Source: an uncultured Candidatus Rokubacteria bacterium (lineage in GTDB: Bacteria; Methylomirabilota; Methylomirabilia; Rokubacteriales; CSP1-6). From it: a stretch of 64,000 nt of DNA. The DNA lies in NCBI GenBank assembly GCA_963789955.1, contig CAWBMV010000022.1:512001-576000 (forward strand), written 5' to 3'. This document shows, one piece after another, positions 10,027-19,787 of the stretch. The position numbers were made by a program, and so were the translations under genes. The stretch's first letter is position 1, and each line of letters starts with the position of its first letter. Below the pieces are notes generated by a model. It was not told the origin of the DNA. It saw only the letters and a program-made list of their open reading frames with translations, and did no database searches.

Positions 10027-11010
10027 ATGACGACTCAGATGATCGAACCGCGGATGGAGCTCGAGCAGAACCTCCACATGTATCGCCAGATGGCGAAGAT
10101 TCGCGCCTTCGAGGAGCAGGTGAACGAGCTCTACAAGAGCGCGAAGATGCCGGGCCTGGCCCATCTCTACGTCGGCGAGGAAGCGGTGGCGGTCGGGGTG
10201 TGCGAGGCGCTGCGCCGTGACGACTTCATCACGAGCACGCATCGCGGCCACGGCCACTGCCTGGCCAAGGGCGCGTCGGTGAACCGGATGTTCGCCGAGC
10301 TGCTCGGCAAGGAGTCGGGCTACTGCCGGGGCAAGGGCGGCTCGATGCACATCGCCGATCCCGAGACCGGCAACCTCGGCGCCAACGCGATCGTCGGCGG
10401 CTCGGCCGGCATCGCCACCGGCGCCGCGCTCTCCGCGAAGATGCGCGGGAGCAATCAGGTCGCCGTGTGCTTCTTCGGCGACGGCGCGCTGGGCCAGGGC
10501 CTGCTCTACGAGTCGATGAACATGGCGGCGCTCTGGAAGCTGCCCGTCATCTATGTCTGCGAGAACAACCTCTACGGCGAGTACACGCCCGGCAACGAGA
10601 CCATCGCCGGCGAGATCCTGGCGCGCCCGCGCGCGCTGGGCATCCACGCCGAGAGCGTCGACGGCCAGGACGTCCAGGCGGTCAACGCGACGATGCGGCG
10701 GCTGGTGGAGCGCGCGCGTCGCGGCGAGGGGCCGGCGTTCCTCGAGTGCAAGACCTACCGCTACTACGGCCACCACGTCGGCGACGTCAACCGCGAGTAC
10801 CGCACGCGGGACGAGGAGAAGGAGTGGATGACCAAGCGCGATCCGCTCCAGACCCTCGCCGGACGGCTCGAAGGCCAGGGCCTGGCCGATGCGGCCGTCT
10901 TCGAGCGCATCCAGACCGACGTGAAGTCGGAGATCGACAACGGCGTGCAGTACGCGCTGGCCGCGCCGTATCCGGATGCGAGCCAGGTCGGTGAAGACGT
11001 CTATGCGTAG
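10027..11010 (+). CDS. TPP-dependent pyruvate/acetoin dehydrogenase E1 alpha subunit
   Basis: HLYVGEEA, STHRGHGH, GKGGSMH, FFGDGA...ENN, TYRYYGHH. Confidence 0.93.
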   Translation: MTTQMIEPRMELEQNLHMYRQMAKIRAFEEQVNELYKSAKMPGLAHLYVGEEAVAVGVCEALRRDDFITSTHRGHGHCLAKGASVNRMFAELLGKESGYCRGKGGSMHIADPETGNLGANAIVGGSAGIATGAALSAKMRGSNQVAVCFFGDGALGQGLLYESMNMAALWKLPVIYVCENNLYGEYTPGNETIAGEILARPRALGIHAESVDGQDVQAVNATMRRLVERARRGEGPAFLECKTYRYYGHHVGDVNREYRTRDEEKEWMTKRDPLQTLAGRLEGQGLADAAVFERIQTDVKSEIDNGVQYALAAPYPDASQVGEDVYA

Positions 11011-11031
11011 AGACGCTCGAACGGACCGTTC

Positions 11032-11958
11032 GTGAGCCTGAGCCCCGAGGAGTTCCGCGAGCACCTGAAACTGTCGTCGGCCACGGCCGGGCTGACCTTG
11101 CCCGACCTGGCGTTGCCGGCCGCGCATCACGTCATCCTGCGCGGGATGCGCTTCCATTATCTCGATTGGGGCACGCGCGGCCTGCCGCCGATGCTGTTCC
11201 TGCACGGCGGCGGGCTCAACGTCCACACGTGGGATCTCGTCTGCGCGTCCCTCAAGCCCGAGCGCCACTGCCTGGCGCTCGACCAGCGGGGCCATGGCGA
11301 CAGCGAGTGGTCGCCGGTGATGGACTACGCCACCGAGAGCCACGCCGAGGACCTCGACGCGTTCGTCGACCACCTCGGTTTCGAGCGCTTCGTTCTCGTC
11401 GGCATGTCGCTGGGTGGCGCCAACGCGCTGGCGTGGGCGGGGAGCCACAGCGAGCGGCTGGCGGCGCTCGTGCTCGTCGACGTCGGCCCGGAGGTGCGTC
11501 AAGCCGGCGTACGCAAGATCGCCGCGTTCACCTCGGAGGCCACGCCGCTCGACTCGATCGAGGATTTCGTGGCGAAGGCGCTGGCGTTCAATCCGCGGCG
11601 TGACGCGACCCTCCTGCGCCGGAGCTTGCTCCATAACCTGCGCCGCATGCCCGACGGCAAGTGGATGTGGAAATACGACCAGCGTCACCGGGGCCGTGCG
11701 CTCGATCCGGCGGCGGCCGGTCGCCGGCGCGAGCTTCTGTGGTCGGCGGTGGCCAAGGTGTCGTGTCCGACCCTCGTCGTGCGCGGCGCGGAGAGCGACG
11801 TGTTCCACGACGAGGACGCCGAGCGCCTGTCCGGGGCTCTGCCCCACGGGCGCTGGGTGAAGATCGCGAACGCCGGGCACACCGTGCAGGGCGACAACCC
11901 GGCCGGGCTGCTGGTGGCGCTGCGCGAGTTCCTGGGTGAGGTCGCCGCGAAGCGCTGA
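11032..11958 (+). CDS. Alpha/beta hydrolase
   Basis: FLHGG, DQRGHGDS, GMSLGG nucleophile elbow, AGHTV. Confidence 0.9.
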   Translation: MSLSPEEFREHLKLSSATAGLTLPDLALPAAHHVILRGMRFHYLDWGTRGLPPMLFLHGGGLNVHTWDLVCASLKPERHCLALDQRGHGDSEWSPVMDYATESHAEDLDAFVDHLGFERFVLVGMSLGGANALAWAGSHSERLAALVLVDVGPEVRQAGVRKIAAFTSEATPLDSIEDFVAKALAFNPRRDATLLRRSLLHNLRRMPDGKWMWKYDQRHRGRALDPAAAGRRRELLWSAVAKVSCPTLVVRGAESDVFHDEDAERLSGALPHGRWVKIANAGHTVQGDNPAGLLVALREFLGEVAAKR

Positions 11959-11990
11959 CGGAGTACAATCCCGAGAGGGAGGCCCAGCCT

Positions 11991-12875
11991 ATGTCCGTCG
12001 TCACTCGCCAGATCGGTCCATGCTTCGCCGCGGAAATGGAAGGCATCGACATGACCCGGCCGCTGACCCCGGACGAGGTCAAGGCGATCCACGCCGGCAT
12101 GGACAGATATGCCGTGCTGGTCTTCCATGACCAGCAGATCGACGACGAGCAGCAGCTGGCCTTCACGCGGAGCCTCGGCGAGATCGAGCTCGCCGTCGGG
12201 ACGAGCCTCCGGGCGGCGAACGAATACCGTCTGCCGACGACCTTCGCCGACGTGTCGAACCTCGACCAGAATCACCAGGTGTTCGCCCGCGACGACCGGC
12301 GGCGTCTGTTCGCGATCGGCAATCGCCTCTGGCATTCCGACAGCTCGTTCAAGGTCATCCCGGCGAAGTACTCGCTCCTGCACGCCCGGGCGATTCCGTC
12401 GAAGGGCGGCAACACCGAGTTCGCCTATATGCCCGGGGCCTACGACACGCTCGACGCCGACACCAAGGCCCAGGTCGAAGACCTGATCTGCGAGCACTCG
12501 CAGATCTTCTCGCGCCAGCAGCTCGGCTTCACCGACTTCACCGACGAGGAGCGCGCGCGCTTCAAGCCGGTGCTCCAGCGTCTCGTGCGCGTGCATCCCG
12601 GCACCGGGCGGAAGTCGCTCTACCTGTCCTCGCACGCGGGGTCGATCGTCGGCTGGCCCGTGCCCGAGGCGCGCTTCTTCCTGCGCGATCTGGTCGAGCA
12701 CGCGACCCAGCGCGAGCTCGTGTACTCGCACACGTGGCGGGTCGGCGACCTCGTGATGTGGGACAACCGCCAGACGATGCACCGCGCGCGTCCGTTCCCG
12801 GCGCACGAGCCGCGCGACATGCGCCGTACCACGCTCAAGGGCGACGGGCCGACGGTCGCTCAGGCCGCCGCCTGA
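11991..12875 (+). CDS. TauD/TfdA-family Fe(II)/2-oxoglutarate dioxygenase (TfdA-like)
   Basis: NRLWHSDSSF, GGNTEF, WDNRQTMHR. Confidence 0.9.
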   Translation: MSVVTRQIGPCFAAEMEGIDMTRPLTPDEVKAIHAGMDRYAVLVFHDQQIDDEQQLAFTRSLGEIELAVGTSLRAANEYRLPTTFADVSNLDQNHQVFARDDRRRLFAIGNRLWHSDSSFKVIPAKYSLLHARAIPSKGGNTEFAYMPGAYDTLDADTKAQVEDLICEHSQIFSRQQLGFTDFTDEERARFKPVLQRLVRVHPGTGRKSLYLSSHAGSIVGWPVPEARFFLRDLVEHATQRELVYSHTWRVGDLVMWDNRQTMHRARPFPAHEPRDMRRTTLKGDGPTVAQAAA

Positions 12876-12911
12876 GGAGCCCAGAGACTCCGACGAGGGG
12901 GGGTGATTCGG

Positions 12912-12971
12912 ATGGCGAAAGGCACGGGCATGCGGAAGGAGACGAAGAAGCCGAAGAAGAAGAAAAAGTAG
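12912..12971 (+). CDS. 19-aa Lys-rich peptide MAKGTGMRKETKKPKKKKK
   Basis: GAGGGGGGTG SD-like run upstream; stop lies 6 nt before the ABC-F ATG. Confidence 0.55.
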   Translation: MAKGTGMRKETKKPKKKKK

Positions 12972-12977
12972 CGTCGG

Positions 12978-14771
12978 ATGGCCCGACCGCTCCTGCTCAG
13001 CTGTGAGGCGGTGAGTAAGGCCTATGGCACGCGCAGCCTCTTCGAGCGCCTGACCTTCGGACTGTTCGAGGGCGACCAGGCCGGTCTCGTCGGCCCGAAC
13101 GGCTCCGGCAAGTCCACCTTGCTCAAGATCCTGGCCGGCATCGAGCCGGCCGATCGCGGCTCTCGTTCACTGCGCGGGGGTGTGCGGGTCGGCTACGTTC
13201 CCCAGGACCCGGTCTTTCCGACCGGTCACACCGTCGACGCCGTCGTGCTCGCCGCGCTGACCGGCGTCGACGAGGAGGATCGGCCCGGGCGACTCGCCCA
13301 CGCGCTGAGTCGCTCCGGCTTCGCCGACGGGCGCGCGGCCGTCGACACCTTGTCGGGCGGCTGGCGCAAGCGGCTGGCCATCGCGCGCGAGCTCGCGGCG
13401 GCGCCCGACATCCTCCTGATGGACGAGCCCACCAACCACCTCGACGTGGAAGGGATCCTCTGGCTCGAAGACTTGCTGACCGAGCGTTCTCGAGCGTTCC
13501 TGGTGGTGAGCCACGATCGCTATTTCCTGGAGCACGTCGCCACGCGCATGCTCGAGCTGAACCGCGCCTATCCGGACGGTCTGTTCCAAACCGACGGGAG
13601 CTACAGCGAGTTCCTGGCGCGCCGCGACGAATTTCTACGCGGGCAGGCGGCGTACCAGGATGCGCTCGCCAACACGGTGCGCCGCGAGATCGAGTGGCTC
13701 CGTCAGGGTGCCAAGGCGCGCTCCACGAAGGCCAAGGGCCGCATCAAGCAGGCCGGGCGCCTGATCGAGGAGCTCGAGGACGCCCGCGCGCGCGGGCTGA
13801 CGGCCACCGCGGGAATCGACTTCACGTCGTCGCAGCGCCGCACGCGCCGGCTGCTCGTCGTGCGTGGGCTCACGGTGTCGCGCGGCGGCCGGACGCTCGT
13901 CAGCGGCCTCGACCTCGTCGTCACGCCCGGCACGCGGGTCGGGTTGATCGGGCCCAACGGCAGCGGCAAGACCACGCTCCTCGAGGTGCTCGCCGGGGTC
14001 GCGCCGCCGGACGCGGGTGAGATCGAGCGGGCGGACGGTCTGCGGATCGTCCGCTTCGAGCAGCAGCGCGCGGCGCTCGATCCGGCGCAGAGCCTTCGCC
14101 GCGCGCTCGCTCCCGAGGGCGACACCGTCACGTGGCAGGGACGCAGCGTGCACGTCGCCGCGTGGGCCAAGCGCTTCCTGTTCCGGCCCGAGCAGCTCGA
14201 GGTGCCCGTCGAGCATCTGTCGGGCGGCGAGCAGGCGCGCATCCTGATCGCCCGGCTCATGCGCGAGCCGGCGGACCTCTTGATCCTCGACGAGCCGACC
14301 AACGATCTCGACATCCCGACGCTCGAGGTGCTCGAGGACAGCCTCGCGGAATTCGACGGAGCCCTCGTTCTGGTCACGCACGATCGCTTCATGCTCGAGC
14401 GCGTGTCGACGGTGATCGTCGCGCTCGACGGTCGGGGCGGGACCGCGACATTCGCCGACTACGCGCAGTGGGAATCGGCCCAGACCACGGTCGAGCCGGC
14501 TCAGCGCAAGGCGCCGGACCGTGCCGCCGAGGCGTCGCGGCAGCGGCCGAAGCGTCTGGGCTATCGCGAGCAGCGCGAGTGGGAGGGCATGGAGCAGGCG
14601 ATTCTCGACGCCGAGCGCGCCGTCGAGGCATGCCAGGGAGCCGTCGACGATCCGGCGATCGTCTCGGACCCGACCGCGCTGCAGCAGCGCTACGCGGCGC
14701 TCGAGGCCGCGCGGGCCGACGTCGATCGACTCTACGCGCGCTGGGCCGAGCTGGAGGCCAAGCAGGCCTAG
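12978..14771 (+). CDS. ABC-F family ribosome-associated ATPase (Uup-like)
   Basis: Two ABC domains (GPNGSGKS/T, LSGG, DEPTN.LD), no TM segments, linker REIEWLRQGAKARSTK, C-terminal coiled coil YARWAELE. Confidence 0.92.
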   Translation: MARPLLLSCEAVSKAYGTRSLFERLTFGLFEGDQAGLVGPNGSGKSTLLKILAGIEPADRGSRSLRGGVRVGYVPQDPVFPTGHTVDAVVLAALTGVDEEDRPGRLAHALSRSGFADGRAAVDTLSGGWRKRLAIARELAAAPDILLMDEPTNHLDVEGILWLEDLLTERSRAFLVVSHDRYFLEHVATRMLELNRAYPDGLFQTDGSYSEFLARRDEFLRGQAAYQDALANTVRREIEWLRQGAKARSTKAKGRIKQAGRLIEELEDARARGLTATAGIDFTSSQRRTRRLLVVRGLTVSRGGRTLVSGLDLVVTPGTRVGLIGPNGSGKTTLLEVLAGVAPPDAGEIERADGLRIVRFEQQRAALDPAQSLRRALAPEGDTVTWQGRSVHVAAWAKRFLFRPEQLEVPVEHLSGGEQARILIARLMREPADLLILDEPTNDLDIPTLEVLEDSLAEFDGALVLVTHDRFMLERVSTVIVALDGRGGTATFADYAQWESAQTTVEPAQRKAPDRAAEASRQRPKRLGYREQREWEGMEQAILDAERAVEACQGAVDDPAIVSDPTALQQRYAALEAARADVDRLYARWAELEAKQA

Positions 14772-14781
14772 CTCGGCGCCG

Positions 14782-16395
14782 TCACGCGACGCCTTCCTCC
14801 GCCACGCGCGCGGCGGTGGGCTCGCTCGCCGGCGCGGTGGCCGCCGTCGAGGGCGCCATCCGGATGCGCCGCATCAGCGGCAGGACCAGGGGCACCGCCG
14901 CGAACATCATCGCCAGGAGCCAGAAGTCGTCGGCGTAGGCCAGGAGCTGCGCCTGCGCCACCGTCTCGCGGTAGAGCATCGTGACGGCCTGGCGCTCGGC
15001 GGTGAAGACGTCGCTGCCGCGGGCCACGAAGTGGCTCGCCCACTGCGCCAGGCGATCGCGCGTCGCCGGATCCCACACGGTGATGTGGCTCGCGAGCGTG
15101 GTCTGGTGGATCTGGCTCCGCTGGGCGAGCAGGGTCGTGACCACCGCGATGCCGACGCTGCCGCCGATGTTGCGCGACATGCCGTAGACCGCGGTCGCGT
15201 TCACGAGCTTGTCGCGCCGGATCGTGGCCAGGGTCAACGTCGACAGCGGCACGAACACGAACCCGAGCGCGAAGCCCTGGATGAATCGCGGCAGCGCCAG
15301 CGCCCAGTAGTCCATCCCGAGCGTCAGCGAGGTCATCATGTAGAAGCTGACCGCGTTGAGCAGGCAGCCGAAGGCGAGCATGAGGCGCTGGTCGACGCGG
15401 GTCACGATGCCCGAGGCGAAGAGCGAGAAGATGTTGCCGAGACCGCCGGGGGCCAGCACGAGGCCGGACGTCCACGCGTCGTAGCCCAGGAGCTTCTGCG
15501 TGAAGATCGCGATCAGCAGCATGCCCGAAAAGCTCCCGAAGCCGACGACCATGCTCAGCGCGGCGCCGGTCGCGAAGTTGCGGTCGGCGAACACGGTGAG
15601 GTCGAGGATCGGTTCACGGGTGGTCAGCTCGCGGATCAGGAAGCCGGCGAGCGCGCACACGGCGACGATGCTCAGCGCGACGATCGCGCGCGAGTCGAAC
15701 CAGTCCTCGCGCTCACCGCGGTCGAGCACGAGCTGCAGACAGCCGAAGCCGGCGACCATGAGGCCGAGGCCCCACCAGTCGATCCGCGTGGCGCGACGCA
15801 GGTACGGCGGATCGAACAGGAAGACGCTCGCCAGGAAGAAGCCGACGACGCCGACGGGCAGGTTGATGTAGAAGATCCAGCGCCACGACCACTGGTCGGC
15901 CAGGTAGCCGCCGACGGTCGGGCCCAGGATCGGGCCGAAGATGAAGCCCAGGCCCCAGACCGCCATCGCGAGCCCGCGCTGATGAAACGGGAAGATCTCC
16001 CAGAGGATCGCCTGCGAGAGCGGAATGATCGGCCCGCCGCCGAGGCCCTGGAAGATCCGCGCCACGATCAAGGTCGTCAGGTCGGGGGCGGCGCCCGAGA
16101 TGAACGAGCTGACGACGAACAGGGTCGCGCAGATCAGAAAAAACCGGCGGCGCCCGAACAGGCCGGCCAGCCAGCCGGTGGCCGGGATGATCACGGCGTT
16201 GGCGGCGAGGTAGGACGTGATCACCCACGAGACCTCGTCCAGGCCCGCGGACAGCGATCCCTGGAGATGCGGCAGGATCACGTTGGTCACGCTGGTGTCG
16301 AGAATCTGCATGAACGCCACCACCATGACGGTGATGGTGATGGCCCACTTCCGCGGGGCGGAGATCACGGGCGCTTCCGGTGCCGGGGACGTCAT
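14782..16395 (-). CDS. DHA2 (EmrB/QacA) MFS efflux permease
   Basis: MQILDTSVTNV, WVITSYL, RIFQGLGGG, GPILGPTVGGY, WRWIFYINLPVG. Confidence 0.93.
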   Translation of the reverse strand: MTSPAPEAPVISAPRKWAITITVMVVAFMQILDTSVTNVILPHLQGSLSAGLDEVSWVITSYLAANAVIIPATGWLAGLFGRRRFFLICATLFVVSSFISGAAPDLTTLIVARIFQGLGGGPIIPLSQAILWEIFPFHQRGLAMAVWGLGFIFGPILGPTVGGYLADQWSWRWIFYINLPVGVVGFFLASVFLFDPPYLRRATRIDWWGLGLMVAGFGCLQLVLDRGEREDWFDSRAIVALSIVAVCALAGFLIRELTTREPILDLTVFADRNFATGAALSMVVGFGSFSGMLLIAIFTQKLLGYDAWTSGLVLAPGGLGNIFSLFASGIVTRVDQRLMLAFGCLLNAVSFYMMTSLTLGMDYWALALPRFIQGFALGFVFVPLSTLTLATIRRDKLVNATAVYGMSRNIGGSVGIAVVTTLLAQRSQIHQTTLASHITVWDPATRDRLAQWASHFVARGSDVFTAERQAVTMLYRETVAQAQLLAYADDFWLLAMMFAAVPLVLPLMRRIRMAPSTAATAPASEPTAARVAEEGVA

Positions 16396-16432
16396 TGGCT
16401 CCAGCCGCTTCGCTCGGCGCGCCGAGCGGGGA

Positions 16433-17473
16433 TCAGGCGAGTCGATAGGCTCGTCTCGCGGTGCCGCTGAAGAGCGCCAGCTTCTCCTCGGGCGAGGCGC
16501 CGGCGGCGATGCGCTTGAACGCGTTCCAGAGCGCGGCGAACCCGATCCCCATCTTGTCGACGGGAAAGTTGCTCTCGAACATGCAGCGCGCCGGGCCGAA
16601 GCGCTCGATGCAGAGCTCGATGTACGGACGCCAGTAGTCGGCCAGCTCCGCCGAGGACGGCGGCGTCGGCCGCGTGCCGTAGTCGTACGCGGCCAGTCGC
16701 ATCATCATGCCCCCGAGCTTCATGACGACGTTCGGGCATCGCGCCAGCTCGGTGATGCCGGTCTTCCACGCGGCGAAGACCTCGTCGCGCCGGCCGGTGT
16801 ACGGTCCGTAGCCGAGCGGGCCCCCGCAGTGGCCGACGATGATGTTGGCGGCCGGGAACGCGCGGGCCAGGTCGATCGCGTCGGCGAGCTGCGGATGGAA
16901 CACCCACGCGTCGAGGGACAGCCCGAGCGCGGTGAGGCGCGCGAGGCCCGCACGGAAGTCGGCCTGCTTCATGAGGTGCGGGCCCTTGGCGACGGCGCTG
17001 TTGCCGATCACGTCGCTCGCGTCCCACGCGGCGGAGTGGCGCACGCCGCGAAACCGTCCGCCGCCGGCCCGGATCAATGCCTCGAGCACCGGCTCGACCC
17101 GATCGCCCAGGGTCAGATCGGCGAAGCCGACGATGCCCGCGGCGACGCGCGTCGCGCCGTACTGGCCGCTCTCGCTCATCGCGGCGATGCCCGCCACGAA
17201 CTCGGTCTCGCCCACCGGCCGCATCTCGACCGGGCCGGACGCGCGGTACATCGCGTGGCACTCCAGGAACACCGTCGCGACGACGTGATGGCCGGTGCGG
17301 AGATCGGCGAGCAGCTCGTGCAGCAAGTAGCGGTGGTCGGGCCGGTCCCACAGATGGTGATGCGTGTCGATGATCGGCAGCTCGGGCTCGAGGATCGGCT
17401 CGGGCGGCGCCTTGGCGAGCCACGACTCGTTCGGGGGACGGATCCTTCCGTAGCGCGTCGGCGATCCGCCCAT
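16433..17473 (-). CDS. Amidohydrolase_2 family protein
   Basis: IIDTHHHLW, GHCGGP, RCMFESNFPVDK. Confidence 0.9.
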   Translation of the reverse strand: MGGSPTRYGRIRPPNESWLAKAPPEPILEPELPIIDTHHHLWDRPDHRYLLHELLADLRTGHHVVATVFLECHAMYRASGPVEMRPVGETEFVAGIAAMSESGQYGATRVAAGIVGFADLTLGDRVEPVLEALIRAGGGRFRGVRHSAAWDASDVIGNSAVAKGPHLMKQADFRAGLARLTALGLSLDAWVFHPQLADAIDLARAFPAANIIVGHCGGPLGYGPYTGRRDEVFAAWKTGITELARCPNVVMKLGGMMMRLAAYDYGTRPTPPSSAELADYWRPYIELCIERFGPARCMFESNFPVDKMGIGFAALWNAFKRIAAGASPEEKLALFSGTARRAYRLA

Positions 17474-17474
17474 G

Positions 17475-17711
17475 TCAGTGCGCGTGATGGCCGGTGCCCG
17501 GCCCGTGCGAATGACCGTGGTGCGAAAAGCCGCTCGACGGGGGACTCGGCGTGGTGGACGCGGGGCGATTGAAGTTCATCGACGGCACCGTGAAGATGCG
17601 CTCGGCCGCGGCGCCGTCGGCCGGGCACGAGGCGTCGGCCGACGACTCACGGGCCGGCCGGGACACTTCGAACTCGAGACCGCAGCCCTTGCAGCGGAAT
17701 GGATAGCGCAC
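17475..17711 (-). CDS. FmdB-family zinc-ribbon protein with His-rich tail
   Basis: YPFRCKGCG..FE...CP..G; C-terminus SHHGHSHGPGTGHHAH. Confidence 0.8.
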   Translation of the reverse strand: MRYPFRCKGCGLEFEVSRPARESSADASCPADGAAAERIFTVPSMNFNRPASTTPSPPSSGFSHHGHSHGPGTGHHAH

Positions 17712-17717
17712 GGCCGG

Positions 17718-18417
17718 TCAGCCCCTGTCGGCGACGTGCGCTGTGCCAGTAGTGATGCGTCTTGGCCACGACCGTGATGATGCTCTTCACCTCGTCCTTC
17801 AGCTGGTAGTCGGGACCGGCCGGGAGGAGCAACCGATCGTCGTCCACGCGCGCGCCGACGTTCTCGAGAATGATCGCCGCGCACAGCCACGCGGCCATCG
17901 TCGGCGAGTCACAGGTGATCGAGAGCCAGCCGGCCGCGCCCGACTCCGTGTAGAGCCCGGTCGTCTCCCAGATCCCGCGGCGCATCTCGGCGAGCATCTC
18001 ACCGTCGGAGTCCGCGGCCGACGCGGTCGTGGCGCGAAGGGCGCTCTGGGGCCCGCGCTGCGGAGGACCGCCGTAGAGCGCGAGCTCGCAGAACGTCGTC
18101 CACATGCCGCCCCAGTCCGGCCGTCCGTCCGGACGCCACAGAAAGGGCGCGGAGGTCATGGGCGCCGCCGGATCGAGACGCGCCGCCGGCGCGTACTCAC
18201 GCCGCTGCGCAGTCGTGTCCCGGCGCAGCGACGCCTCGAGCGCGTCGAGGCGGGAGATCGGGACCGCGGCCACGGTGACCGGCATGCCGGCCTGGTTGGC
18301 GAGCGCGGCGGCGAGGTCGGCGCACGCCTGCCGAACCGCCGCGGGAAGGTCGACGTCGGTCACGAGCACGAGACGGCCGGCCATGCCCTCATCGAGCGGC
18401 CGCGGTTCGTCGGTCAC
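17718..18417 (-). CDS. Hypothetical protein resembling a domain I recall fused to CbiX/SirB chelatases; probable indel near the 3' end
   Basis: PMTSAP...DWGGMWTTFCELALYGGPPQRG...KSIITVVAKTHHYW; the called ORF runs into the FmdB gene. Confidence 0.55.
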
Positions 18418-18506
18418 AGCGCGCGATCATAGCATCTCCGTCGCTCACCGGGGCGCCTCGGCGCCGCGTCTCGCTCGTGTACACTGGCCGGGCGGAGGAA
18501 CCCCAG

Positions 18507-19787
18507 GTGGCGCTGTCCATCGAGCCGATCACGCGGCCGTTCGACGCCGTGGTCGAGCTACCCGGATCGAAGAGCTACTCGAACCGGGCGCTGCTCGTCG
18601 CCGCGCTCGCGCGCGGGCGCTCCGAGATCACGCGCGCGCTCTTCTCGGACGACACGCGCTACATGCACCGCGCGCTCGAGGCCCTCGGCGCGCGCGTCCA
18701 GGCCGACGAGATCTCGCAGGCGTTCACGGTCGACGGCGTCGACGGGCGGTTCCCGGCGTCGGAGGCGACCCTGGAGATCGGCAACGCCGGAACCGCCGCG
18801 CGCTTCCTGACGGCCGCCGTCGCGATCGGCCGCGGCACGTTCGTGATCGACGGCTCGCCGGCGATGCGCAAGCGGCCGATCCAGCCGTTGCTCGACGGCC
18901 TGCGGGCGCTCGGGGTCGACGCGGAGAGCCGTGAGGGCACCGGCTGCCCGCCCGTGGTCGTGCGCGCCCGGGGCATCGCGGGCGGTCGCGCGCGCGTGCG
19001 CGGCGACATCTCGAGCCAGTATCTGAGCGCGTTGCTGATGGCGGCGCCGTACGCCGCGCGCGACGTGGAGATCGAGGTCGAGGGCGACCTGGTCTCGGCG
19101 CCGTACGTCACGATGACGCTCTCCACGATGGAGGAGTTCGGCGTGCGCGCCGAGCGCGACGGCGATCGTCGCTTCCGGATCACGGCGGGCCAGCGCTACA
19201 CGGCCCGCCGCTACGCGGTCGAGCCGGACGCGTCCGCCGCGTCGTACTTCTTCGCGGCGGCGGCGGTCACCGGTGGCCACGTGGTGGTGCCGCGGCTCGG
19301 CTCGCGCTCGGCGCAGGGCGATCTCGGGCTGCTCGACGTGCTCACGCGCATGGGCTGCGAGGTCACGATCGAGCCCGACGCGATCGCGGTGCAGGGGCCC
19401 GCGCGCCTGCGCGCCGTCGACGCGGACTTCACCCGCATGGGCGACGTCGCGACCACCTTGATGGCGATCGCGCCCTTCGCCGACGGCCCGGTGACCGTCC
19501 GCGGCGTCGCCCAGACTCACTACGAGGAGAGCGACCGCCCGGTCGCCGCCGCGACGGAGCTGCGGCGCATGGGGCTTCGCGTCGAGAGCACGTGGGACTC
19601 CGTGACGATCCACCCGGGCCCGCCGCAGCCGTGCGAGGTGCAGACCTACGACGATCACCGGATCGCGATGAGCTTCGCCGTCACGGGGCTGCGCGCGCCG
19701 GGGATCGCCATCGCCAATCCCGCGTGCGTGTCCAAGACGTTCCCGGAGTTCTTCGAGGTGTTGCGAGGCCTGACCAAGCCGAGGTGA
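18507..19787 (+). CDS. aroA: 3-phosphoshikimate 1-carboxyvinyltransferase (EPSP synthase family)
   Basis: LPGSKSYSNR, GNAGTAARF, SSQYLS, EPDASAASY, DDHRIAMS, VSKTFP. Confidence 0.88.
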   Translation: MALSIEPITRPFDAVVELPGSKSYSNRALLVAALARGRSEITRALFSDDTRYMHRALEALGARVQADEISQAFTVDGVDGRFPASEATLEIGNAGTAARFLTAAVAIGRGTFVIDGSPAMRKRPIQPLLDGLRALGVDAESREGTGCPPVVVRARGIAGGRARVRGDISSQYLSALLMAAPYAARDVEIEVEGDLVSAPYVTMTLSTMEEFGVRAERDGDRRFRITAGQRYTARRYAVEPDASAASYFFAAAAVTGGHVVVPRLGSRSAQGDLGLLDVLTRMGCEVTIEPDAIAVQGPARLRAVDADFTRMGDVATTLMAIAPFADGPVTVRGVAQTHYEESDRPVAAATELRRMGLRVESTWDSVTIHPGPPQPCEVQTYDDHRIAMSFAVTGLRAPGIAIANPACVSKTFPEFFEVLRGLTKPR

